NCBI GenBank assembly: GCA_031398555.1
Contig: JANNNN010000023.1
Span: 1 to 33,664 of the forward strand
From: Planctomycetia bacterium
GTDB lineage: Bacteria > Planctomycetota > Planctomycetia > Pirellulales > Pirellulaceae
Length of the DNA: 33,664 bases
Direction: 5' to 3'
Part shown: piece after piece, positions 19,588 through 28,069 of the stretch
How the letters are laid out: each line of letters opens with the position of its first letter
Numbering within the stretch: position 1 is the stretch's first letter
Notes under the pieces: model-generated
The model's database searches: none
What the model saw: the letters and a program-made list of their open reading frames with translations, nothing else
What the model was told of the DNA's origin: nothing
Position numbers and translations under genes: made by a program

Positions 19588-20010
19588 TCAAACTTCGATA
19601 TCACCGCTTTCAATTTTCCCTTGATCGCAGTTCACTTCTGTAGCTTGAGCCCGAAGCAAACCTTTGATATCCGATAATAACTTATCAAACTCAACGGGCT
19701 TGCAGTGAAACGCGTCGCAGCCAGCAGCGGTGGCTCGCGCTCTGTCGCCTTGCAGCGCGTACGCCGTCAGTGCAATAACAGGCAAGTGCGCATATTGATC
19801 GTTGCTTCGAATGGCCGTGGTTGCTTCCCAGCCATCCAGTCCAGGCATGTTCATATCCATGAGAACCAAGTCGATAGAGTTCGCTTTCAAAGCATCCATC
19901 ACATAGCTTCCATCAGGAACTTCAATGCAAGTGAACCCATTCTTTTGTAAATGGAAACGCGAAAGCTCACGAAGTTCAGCGTTGTCTTCAGCGATAAGTA
20001 TGGTTGGCAT
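19588..20010 (-). CDS. Single-domain response regulator (DivK-like receiver)
   Basis: ILIAEDN, LMDMNMPGLDGWEA, ALTAYA and AGCDAFHCKP. Confidence 0.92.
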   Translation of the reverse strand: MPTILIAEDNAELRELSRFHLQKNGFTCIEVPDGSYVMDALKANSIDLVLMDMNMPGLDGWEATTAIRSNDQYAHLPVIALTAYALQGDRARATAAGCDAFHCKPVEFDKLLSDIKGLLRAQATEVNCDQGKIESGDIEV

Positions 20011-20063
20011 AGATCACTCCTTTGCGCATGGATAAAGTAGAAACACTCCCGTTTGAGCGCCAA

Positions 20064-22034
20064 TTAGTGGGCGGTCTCAAGCAAGTGAGATGCCAACTCA
20101 CCAACTGGCTCCTTCACAGTCGGTTTAAGGACCGTGAGTTTGTACGCCGTCTGCCTTAAGCTTGTTGTCATGAAATTCGCCCCTGCCTTGTGAAACTTGA
20201 CAAACAAACGGTCGAAGTTGCGAAACTTACCACAGCAACAAACGATGATCTGGCCGTTGTAGCCGGCACTACGAAAACTCTTGCACAAGAATCGAGCTTG
20301 AGTGAATCCCCCTGGTGGAAGAACGCAAATCAAAATCAAGTCAGGATTTTCACGAACCGCGTCAGCCGCCAGGCGATCGGGCAAAACATGGTTGCTTCCG
20401 ACTTTGATTGTTAGCAATGGACTGATCTGCGCGAATGCATGGAGCAATAGCTCTTCGCTAGGATGATGGGCCGGAATGGCCAATACATTTGGTTTTGATG
20501 ACATCACGACAGGGTCATTTTCGGTCGCTACTTCTGCCTTATTTGACCAGCAAACGGTAGTGACTACCTTTTCCATTGCGTGCGATACATCATTGGCTTG
20601 GACGGCTGTAAGACGCTCGGCGTCGAGATCAACGCGAACCCTCCGCAAGGCAGGAACTAACACGCTATCTATGGCCCCTGCGCTGTCGTCTTTAATGCAA
20701 GATTCCAAAAGTTCTGTCGCCCGTTCTTCGTTATTCGAAAGCAACCGCTGATAGAAAAGCAGCGATGGGGCTATGTCGATTTTTTCACCCAGCAGTGTTT
20801 CAAAGATCCGAAATCGCGGAGCATAGTGGCCAAGCACCACCAGGCAAACGGTCAGGGGCGTCGACAGAAGTAGCCCCACCGGCCCCCACAACCAGCCCCA
20901 AAACACCGCCGCAAAAATTATGGCCACCGAGGACAAACCAGTGCTCGAACCATAAAGCCACGGCTCAAGAATGTTGTTGCACCCGAGTTCTATAACAACG
21001 ACCAGCGAAACGACTGCGATCGTCACTGAATAGCCCGGAAAAACGGCAGCCGACAATAGAAGGGGAAACGCCGCCGCAATAACTGGCCCGATATAGGGAA
21101 CAAACCGGAGCAACGTCGCCAATGCACCCCACAGTGCAAAGTTTGGAAAATTGCCGTCCGGCGCAAAGTAACGACCAATGAAATATAGTCCTAAACCAAA
21201 AGTAAATCCGTAGCATGTGTTAACGATCGTCTGTGCAAGCAAGTATTTGCTGATTCTACGGGAGACTTCATCGAGCGCATCGGTAGTCATCACGTAATTC
21301 CCGCGACTGATGACCTTGATAATTCGGTCACGCATATCGTCGCGATAGATCAGCAGGAACAATACAAAAACCGTAACTAAGCCCGCAGTTCCAAGAGGCC
21401 CTAAGATATTGCCAACCGTTCCCGCCCAGGTTCTCACCGGCGACTCCGCATTGACGCTAGATATAAATAGTGGCGATGATGAAGTTTTTCCGTCGTGGCG
21501 CTCCGTGCTTGTGTCCTTCTGCCCGTTTGCCAGAAAACGATCCGCAAACCGTTCCATGGGACTCAGCAACTCGCTGGCAACTGGCTTGCCAGAAGCGATC
21601 GATGGCGGACCAGCAGTCGGTTCTGCTAGCGTTTTTGAGCCGTCATCGATCGCAGCTGAGACCTCCTTGGTCAATTCACTAAAGCTTTCACCCATTCCAG
21701 ATCGCAGTCCGGCCAAACCTCGCGCTTTTGACACTAACTCCGATTTGTAGTGAGGAATATCAGAAACCAAACTCGAAATCTCGCGACCTACAAATGTCAA
21801 CGTGCAGGCTAGTAAAACAAAAACGAAAAGTGCTGTGCCCAGTACTGCAACCACGTTTCCCACGCCTAGTCGCTGAATGCGATTGACCAGGGGGCTTAGC
21901 AAAAACGACAGCAGCACAGCGAGCGCTAAAGGAACGAAGACATCCCTCGCTAAATAAAGGGCTGCAACAACAATCATGCCGCCAAGCAGAGTGGCTACTG
22001 CGTTAATCGTTTCGAGATCTGACTTTCGAGCCAT
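20064..22034 (-). CDS. AI-2E family transporter, long form with cytoplasmic C-terminal extension
   Basis: VPLALAVLLSFLLSPLV, LRFVPYIGP, NNILEPWLYG and FWGWLWGPVGLLLSTPLT, then ~240 aa of soluble tail. Confidence 0.92.
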   Translation of the reverse strand: MARKSDLETINAVATLLGGMIVVAALYLARDVFVPLALAVLLSFLLSPLVNRIQRLGVGNVVAVLGTALFVFVLLACTLTFVGREISSLVSDIPHYKSELVSKARGLAGLRSGMGESFSELTKEVSAAIDDGSKTLAEPTAGPPSIASGKPVASELLSPMERFADRFLANGQKDTSTERHDGKTSSSPLFISSVNAESPVRTWAGTVGNILGPLGTAGLVTVFVLFLLIYRDDMRDRIIKVISRGNYVMTTDALDEVSRRISKYLLAQTIVNTCYGFTFGLGLYFIGRYFAPDGNFPNFALWGALATLLRFVPYIGPVIAAAFPLLLSAAVFPGYSVTIAVVSLVVVIELGCNNILEPWLYGSSTGLSSVAIIFAAVFWGWLWGPVGLLLSTPLTVCLVVLGHYAPRFRIFETLLGEKIDIAPSLLFYQRLLSNNEERATELLESCIKDDSAGAIDSVLVPALRRVRVDLDAERLTAVQANDVSHAMEKVVTTVCWSNKAEVATENDPVVMSSKPNVLAIPAHHPSEELLLHAFAQISPLLTIKVGSNHVLPDRLAADAVRENPDLILICVLPPGGFTQARFLCKSFRSAGYNGQIIVCCCGKFRNFDRLFVKFHKAGANFMTTSLRQTAYKLTVLKPTVKEPVGELASHLLETAH

Positions 22035-22152
22035 ACTTGTTGCCTTGATTTCAGATCAGGTGCCTCTGGGAATTGTTGGCTCTATGACGCAACTTCCGCG
22101 CCTACCTCTGAAATTTGGCCACAGCGATCGATATTCGACCAGGTTGGGCCCG

Positions 22153-22168
22153 TGGCACACCTGTTGCA
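22153..22168 (+). promoter_or_regulatory. sigma54 -24/-12 promoter facing the glycogen-enzyme relic
   Basis: TGGCAC-ACCTG-TTGCA, full consensus. Confidence 0.75.
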
Positions 22169-22362
22169 AGAGCAGCTTTCTTCAAAGCTTGCAATCGCCG
22201 TTGACAGGCCAACACGCACATCTATCACTTGCTGAGCATTTTTCATTTTCCGAGAACGCGAATCGCTCACTCGGTCGCCCCGACCTGTCGTAAGCTTGAT
22301 CTAGCGTCCTGTGCCAGGTTCGCTCTTTACCACTATCGAGTCGTTAGCAACTAGGAACTTAC

Positions 22363-22853
22363 ATGTCATCCGTCGCAGAACTTACCGTTCGTTCAGGCTT
22401 GGGTGCTATTCCACACGCAACAGGCGTCGTCTTTCGAGTGTGGGCGCCGTTCGCAGATGCCGTCTCGGTACTCGGAACATTCAATGATTGGAATCCCTCG
22501 ACCGATCCCTGCCAAAAAGATGAGCACGGCAACTGGTACTTACTGATTTTTACCATGCTAATGACGTTGACAAAGTGATCGCCTTCAAACGCTGGAAAGA
22601 TGGAGGTCGAGGCGATGACGTGGTCGTGGTCATGAACTTCGCCGAAGGTGCGGTACACGACTATCGCATCGGATTCCCTGCCGCAGGCCAATGGCAATTA
22701 CGCTTCAACAGCGACAGTCGCATGTACAACGAACTGCTTGATGAAATTCCAGTTTCTAGCATTGTGACCGAGAGCGACGCCTACGATGGCCAATCGCAGT
22801 CTGCATTACTCAATGTCGCAGCTTACTCTTGTCAGATCTTTTCACAAGACTGA
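22363..22853 (+). pseudogene. GH13/CBM48 glycogen branching enzyme-like gene with the catalytic domain deleted
   Basis: N-terminal CBM48 piece (GVVFRVWAPFADAVSVLGTFNDW...GNWY, to 22539) joined out of frame to the C-terminal all-beta domain (from ~22542: FYHANDVDKVIAFKRW...VVVMNF...YRIGFP..GQWQLRFNSD). Confidence 0.88.
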
Positions 22854-23075
22854 TTTTGTTCATCAACGTTTTGTCTATCAACGCGAAAGCGTAGGAAAAC
22901 AGGGACTTAGCGGATCTCGCATCGCAACCAAGCGCTCACCCCCACGGCATGAGCCGTGGGAGGACAAGCAAGAATATTAGGCCGAAGCAGCAACTCTCGC
23001 AAGCTGGAGCTTGCTAGCCTGGCAATGGCGACAGGCGTTTCTGTAAAGCATAAGTCGCCAGAAGCGCTCGTTGAA

Positions 23076-23121
23076 CTGAAGCCTACCAAAACCTGCAGCT
23101 TACCAAACCTGAAGCTTACCA
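23076..23121. repeat. Imperfect 16-17 bp tandem repeat (~2.8 copies) overlapping a stop codon
   Basis: CTGAAGCCTACCAAAAC / CTGCAGCTTACCAAAC / CTGAAGCTTACCA. Confidence 0.75.
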
Positions 23122-23349
23122 GGGCTTGATTTTCCAGCCGATATAGATGCCGAGAGCGAAGATCATCAACCCGGCCATTTCTGGCCGTTTTTCGCAGTAT
23201 GTATGAACCGAAGCTCCTACATCTCCAACAAGTTTCTGGAAATCTTCACGCACCTCATTACCATCTTTCATCGGTTGGCCCTTCGACTGAGTTGATGGTG
23301 AACCCGAATTCGAATCGGACGATTTAGTTGCCGCGGACATTGTTTTCAC
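23116..23349 (-). CDS. Small tail-anchored membrane protein (DUF883/ElaB-like C-terminus)
   Basis: Polar N-terminus, then EKRPEMAGLMIFALGIYIGWKIKPW. The start may be the ATG at 23340. Confidence 0.72.
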   Translation of the reverse strand: MKTMSAATKSSDSNSGSPSTQSKGQPMKDGNEVREDFQKLVGDVGASVHTYCEKRPEMAGLMIFALGIYIGWKIKPW

Positions 23350-23501
23350 AACTTTCTATTTATTTGGCACCAAGGGAAATGATGAACGTTTCAGGCACTA
23401 CAGCTATGTTTCCAACCTGAATGAACCGGTCGCTAATAAACATCAGCGGTTCGCATACCCTAATCCATAGGGCGAAGAGCTCCCGCTTAAGGCCGGCACG
23501 T

Positions 23502-23960
23502 TTAGCGCCGTTCGCTGACCATCGATAGCCCGACGAGCACACCTGCTAAAACACCGCAACCAAGTGCGATTGCTATGGATTCAAGTGGACGATTCGAAAC
23601 CGTCTTAATGGTGCTTTCGTAGCCTTTCGACGCTGCTTCGCTGAGTTGTTCGTATCCACGTTGTGCAGCATCACTCAGATGTTCGTAGTTGTCGCGAACC
23701 ACTTCAGCCGCTTGGCTAGCATACTTTGCGGCATTGTCAGTAACGCGTTGCGTAACGTCTTTCGAAGCACCCGACGCATCGGTCAAAAAAGCTTCAACCC
23801 ACTCGCGACTTTGGCCTGATTTACGTTGGACTAGGCCAATCAGCTTGTCCAAATTGCCGTCGAGACTCGATAGTTCGTCTCCAGTAATTTGGCCGAACTT
23901 TTCCTTGACCGCGCCAACTATCGATTTCCAATTTCCCTGCGCGTGTTCTTTCGTGATCAT
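23502..23960 (-). CDS. CsbD-family stress protein with DUF883-like membrane tail
   Basis: QGNWKSIVGAVKEKFGQITGDEL...LIGLVQRKSG (CsbD/YjbJ motif) and C-terminal NRPLESIAIALGCGVLAGVLVG. Confidence 0.88.
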   Translation of the reverse strand: MITKEHAQGNWKSIVGAVKEKFGQITGDELSSLDGNLDKLIGLVQRKSGQSREWVEAFLTDASGASKDVTQRVTDNAAKYASQAAEVVRDNYEHLSDAAQRGYEQLSEAASKGYESTIKTVSNRPLESIAIALGCGVLAGVLVGLSMVSERR

Positions 23961-24030
23961 CTTTTTTGCTCCTAGACTAGCATGGTATCGTTAGTTCGAT
24001 TGAATTTAACCGAGGCTATTCGTTCCAAAA

Positions 24031-24045
24031 GCAAGTAGGATGCCA
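24031..24045 (-). promoter_or_regulatory. sigma54 -24/-12 promoter for the csbD-like gene
   Basis: Minus strand TGGCAT-CCTAC-TTGCT, 70 bp upstream of the ATG; AGGAG RBS present. Confidence 0.8.
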
Positions 24046-24243
24046 AACGAGTACCAAGTGCGAAATGTCATCATGATTGAGTTGCGTCTGACGGGCGAGC
24101 GCTCGCAATGAGTGTCCGGCAAACATGACGTGGAAAAAACAACCAGTGCGCAGGATAGTCTGCAAGCGTTCTCGACCGCACTTAACTTGATGTTTTGCTA
24201 GATGCTGCCGAGTCACCTCGCGGGTTCTGAGGGCTGGGACGCC

Positions 24244-24365
24244 CAATGTCACTCACTTCGTGTTTGTTTTGTAGCGGTGTCGGCGCGAGCCGCCCGGTTT
24301 TTCAATCAAATCAAGGCATACACCGGACGGCTCGCGCCGGTTCCGCTACAAAGTGAGTGACATTG
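24244..24365. mobile_element. 122 bp MITE-like element with 15 bp TIRs and 11 bp target-site duplication
   Basis: CAATGTCACTCACTT (24244-24258) and AAGTGAGTGACATTG (24351-24365), flanked by GCTGGGACGCC at 24233-24243 and 24366-24376. Confidence 0.82.
24271..24348. repeat. GTAG-type REP doublet nested inside the MITE
   Basis: GTAGCGGtgtCGGCGCGAGCCGcCCGGT (24271-24298) pairs with ACCGGaCGGCTCGCGCCGgttCCGCTAC (24322-24349). Confidence 0.75.
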
Positions 24366-24483
24366 GCTGGGACGCCCGCGTTCCGAACAAACGGCGTACG
24401 TTTGTGCAAGGTTTAAAGTAATTGGAACGCAATGCTATTGAGTCAGCTGGCTCCACTGGTTCACGGTTAAACGACCATCAGTC

Positions 24484-25914
24484 TCACGGATTAACTAAAT
24501 TGTCCGGTGTTCCGGGGATGAGTTCGTTGTCGGATTCGGTCGGTGATTTGACTAGACAGAGCAAAGCACATAAGTCAATGAACTCTTGCTCCGTCATTTG
24601 TTCTTCTAGACCGTCAGGCATGAGGCTCTTGTCGCTAACTTTGACTTGTTCGATGTCCTTGGCTTTATCGAATTCAAGCACCTTGCCACCTTGCACTTTG
24701 ATTCGCAGGAAACGCTCGTCGTCAGCAACGACGAGACCAGCGACTACTTCACCGTCGCCCGTTAGAACTGTGCGAGCCTGAAAGGCATTGCCGATGACTA
24801 GGCTCGGATCGAGTATGTTGGAGATAAGCTGATCTAAATTACCGCGGCCGTTGCTGGTAATACTGGGTCCAACTTCCAGTCCAGCACCGTGCAGTTGATG
24901 ACACTGAGCGCAGACGCGGTTAAACACGAGTTGCCCGCGAGCAACACTTCCTTGGGAATCTTTGCCTTGAGAGTTCTTTCCTCGAAGTAGTGCGAGGCGT
25001 TGTACGACTAGTTTTTGTCGTTCCGCGTTATCGCTTTCGCGAACACGCCCCCACACCGATTCAATGGCTGCGATTAATGGTGCACTGCCTGAGCTTTGCC
25101 ATTTACGAAGCTGATTCGTGTTGACCAGTTCCTTGCTTACAACCCCTGCCTTAACTGCTTCGACCAGTTTGAGCATCGTAGCGACCTGGGCTGACAGCGG
25201 TTCGATCACGGTAAACTGCTGTTCGCGAGGAAGCTTTATCCACTGATCAAGGATTACTGTCGCAGCACGATTTCGATCGACGCTCAAAGCCGTCTGAATG
25301 AGGATGGGCAGCGAATTAGAGGCAAGGCCCAAGTTGGCTGACAAGTAATTGAACGCGGCTTCTGAATCGACTGCGAACCAAGTTCGCACTAACAATTCAA
25401 GGTTCTCGGATTCTCCTTTTTCAATGGCTGCGTTAAGTTTCTGACGGGTCAAAGGATCCGAGCTGTTTACCAACGAAAGTGCGGCCAAGCTGACTCCAAA
25501 ACGCGGATCAGACTCGGACGCCAGCGATTGTTCCAGAAGATCCTTGAGCGGAGTCAGGGATTCGGCAAGGTCCGATCGTTGGTCGCGTTCAAGGGCGACG
25601 ACCAAGGATTTTGAAAGAGTTGTGGCGGCTGACTTGGGATTGGATTTCCATAGCAGCTTTACGATCTTGATCGAACCCGCAAGATTGGAACTTGGTTTTG
25701 CAGGTGTCTCCTGGGCAATCGAAACTTGCGCAACTGAAACTTGGAACAAGAGCCCCAGTAAACCAAGCCCAAGGAATACTTCAGCGCAGCAGTGTCGCCC
25801 TTTGCTCCGCAAAAGTAGCGTTAGCATGGGCAGCAGTTTTGGAAGTTCCAATCTGCGCTGCAGTATGAAGAGGGGCTTGGCATGGAACAGCAAAAAAGGT
25901 TTATTGTGATGCAT
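24484..25914 (-). CDS. PVC-type c-type cytochrome domain protein
   Basis: GQLVFNRVCAQCH (CxxCH), GPSIT, NILDPS and SLMPDGLE (axial Met); hydrophobic signal-like segment near residues 46-67. Start uncertain. Confidence 0.88.
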   Translation of the reverse strand: MHHNKPFLLFHAKPLFILQRRLELPKLLPMLTLLLRSKGRHCCAEVFLGLGLLGLLFQVSVAQVSIAQETPAKPSSNLAGSIKIVKLLWKSNPKSAATTLSKSLVVALERDQRSDLAESLTPLKDLLEQSLASESDPRFGVSLAALSLVNSSDPLTRQKLNAAIEKGESENLELLVRTWFAVDSEAAFNYLSANLGLASNSLPILIQTALSVDRNRAATVILDQWIKLPREQQFTVIEPLSAQVATMLKLVEAVKAGVVSKELVNTNQLRKWQSSGSAPLIAAIESVWGRVRESDNAERQKLVVQRLALLRGKNSQGKDSQGSVARGQLVFNRVCAQCHQLHGAGLEVGPSITSNGRGNLDQLISNILDPSLVIGNAFQARTVLTGDGEVVAGLVVADDERFLRIKVQGGKVLEFDKAKDIEQVKVSDKSLMPDGLEEQMTEQEFIDLCALLCLVKSPTESDNELIPGTPDNLVNP

Positions 25915-25916
25915 GA

Positions 25917-27728
25917 TTACTTTGCGTCTTGGAGTTTTTCGGCGACGCGCGGAAGCATAGCGGCTAAGCCTGGCGATGTTTCTATATTGTAGCTCTCGAC
26001 CAGTGAGAGCAAACGCTCAGCGTCGGCAGGCAAACGAGGATGCAAATTTTGCCAAACGATATGTGGGATGATTGGATCATCACCACAATTTGCCAAAACG
26101 TCGAGCCAAACTTTGATCGCGTCAAGGTGCTTCAGTTTTTTTGCAGCGATGGCAACTTGCAACTGAACATCACGCGACGGATCATTTACGAGATCACTAA
26201 CCTGCTTGGCAAGCGGTTCGCTGTCGCTGAGTAACGAGCCAGTGGCGCGGACGCCCCAAGCTCGAACGACGTCATCTTTTTGATGCAGCAACTTGTTCGC
26301 GAACTCAGTCGATACGGCCTGCCCGCTCATCAGTGCCCAGATGGCGTGCATTCGCTGCTTGTGATTGGCTGCTGAGTCGAGTGCGATCGATTCCAACTGA
26401 GGCACAACTCCACTGCATTTCTTTTCACCGAGCAGTCGCTGAGCGGTTTCGCGCAAGTAGATATTTGCGTCGCCGAGGTACCTGACTAACTCGGCGGTTG
26501 TGACTTTGTCGAGCGCGACCGACTTGGGGCGCCCGGTAGCTTCATGAACAACTCGATACAACCGACCGTGACCACGATCAACGCCTTCTGGGTCCGCGCT
26601 CGCGTCTTGGTAGCAGTGATATCGATCGTACCAATCGAGTACGTAGAGACAGCCGTCGGGGCCGACCTTTTGAACAACTGGCATGAACCAGACATCGTTG
26701 GCGGTCAAGAAATCGGGTTCACCAATACCTTTATAGGTCGACTGGTTGCGTTCAACACGATCGACATTCAAGCAATTGCCGTGAATGTTTCCCATCATTA
26801 GGCGATCACGGTATTCGGCCGGAAAAGCGGCTGAGTCGAAGTACGTAATGCCGCAGTAGGCCGCCATTTGGTGTTTGTGTTTTACGATTGAATCAATCTT
26901 CCAAGTGTGCTGCGGGTAGGGTCCACCTTGACGATGGTAGTATCCAGATTCGGTCAGGTGCCATAGGTGATCGATGACACAAGCGCTGATGAACGCGCTG
27001 CCATTGGGATCAAAGGTCACGCCCCATGGATTGCTTGTCCCTTCACAGAACAATTCAAACTTGCGAGTGCGGGGATCGATGCGGAACAGCGCGCAGGTGA
27101 ACTCATGTACCTTGCCTTGTGATTCGACTTTGCATGCGTTAAAAACTCCGTTGAGTCCATAGAGCCAACCGTCGGGCCCCCAAGTCAGACTATTAGGCAG
27201 TTCGTGCGTGTCGAATCGCCCAAAGCCACTGGCGACGACTTCGGTCTTATCCGCTTTGTCGTCACCGTTGGTATCTTGGATAAAGAGAATATCAGGGGCA
27301 TTGGCTACCCAGACGCCACCACTGCCGACCGCGATTCCGGACGGGATATTGAGGCCTTCGGCAAAAATCTTGACGCTATCAACTTTGCCATCGCCGTTGG
27401 TGTCTTCCAGGATTTTAATGCGATCACGGCCTGGGCCTGGTTCGTGACGGGGATACTCGAAACTCTCTGTGACCCAAATCCGACCGCGTTCGTCAAAGGC
27501 CATGGCGACCGGGTTCATGATATCCGGCTCAGCGGCCACCAATTCGACCCGAAAACCCTTAGGAACTTGCATTTTTGCGATCGCTTCGGCAGGCGAAAGC
27601 GGCGGTCCGGGTGGTTTCGACTGAGTCCGAGGAATTGCGATTTTTCCTTCCTGGGCGGCCAGGAATGTAGCAGAGTGGATCAATAACAGGGAGGCAGCGA
27701 GAACGTGGAGAGGCTTCAAAAGCGGCAT
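25917..27728 (-). CDS. PVC-type putative membrane-bound dehydrogenase (beta-propeller plus HEAT-like repeats)
   Basis: Signal peptide, VPKGFRVELVAAEPDIMNPVAMAFDERGRIWV, EYP, DTNGDGKVD, WGPDGWLYG, NPWG and GPDGCLYVLDWY. Confidence 0.9.
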   Translation of the reverse strand: MPLLKPLHVLAASLLLIHSATFLAAQEGKIAIPRTQSKPPGPPLSPAEAIAKMQVPKGFRVELVAAEPDIMNPVAMAFDERGRIWVTESFEYPRHEPGPGRDRIKILEDTNGDGKVDSVKIFAEGLNIPSGIAVGSGGVWVANAPDILFIQDTNGDDKADKTEVVASGFGRFDTHELPNSLTWGPDGWLYGLNGVFNACKVESQGKVHEFTCALFRIDPRTRKFELFCEGTSNPWGVTFDPNGSAFISACVIDHLWHLTESGYYHRQGGPYPQHTWKIDSIVKHKHQMAAYCGITYFDSAAFPAEYRDRLMMGNIHGNCLNVDRVERNQSTYKGIGEPDFLTANDVWFMPVVQKVGPDGCLYVLDWYDRYHCYQDASADPEGVDRGHGRLYRVVHEATGRPKSVALDKVTTAELVRYLGDANIYLRETAQRLLGEKKCSGVVPQLESIALDSAANHKQRMHAIWALMSGQAVSTEFANKLLHQKDDVVRAWGVRATGSLLSDSEPLAKQVSDLVNDPSRDVQLQVAIAAKKLKHLDAIKVWLDVLANCGDDPIIPHIVWQNLHPRLPADAERLLSLVESYNIETSPGLAAMLPRVAEKLQDAK

Positions 27729-28069
27729 TAAACGAGCTCCAGACGGACATTAAATGGTAGAGTTGAGTTGGGTTCGGAAATGCAAGGCCGGGGTGTCAAT
27801 CCGGGAGTCGAAAAGGTCGGGCTGGATTATGAGTCCCAAAAGCTCGACATTCAACCTCTTGACGGGCATAATAGCGGACAGTGTTTTGACCGAAGGTGGA
27901 AGGAGTCATTTTAGCCGATTCGCATTTGAATTCGAGTTGGCTAATGTTTGTCTCAAAAAAGACCTTGCCTTGCTTTCCCAGCGCTGAGGCTCATTACTCG
28001 ATTTGCTATTTTGTTGCGTCATTAGTTTTTTCATGTCGCAAAACGATTCTTGTTCTCTAAGGATCCAAC

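Noticed and set aside
22301-22316. Minus-strand TGGCAC facing the AI-2E gene
   Set aside because: GG-to-GC spacing is 8, not 10.
4461-23121. Short tandem repeats as CRISPR arrays
   Set aside because: No constant repeats with unique spacers and no cas genes.
4411-24483. The signalling cluster as an integrated genomic island
   Set aside because: No integrase, tRNA or flanking att-like direct repeats were found, and no obvious compositional shift by eye.
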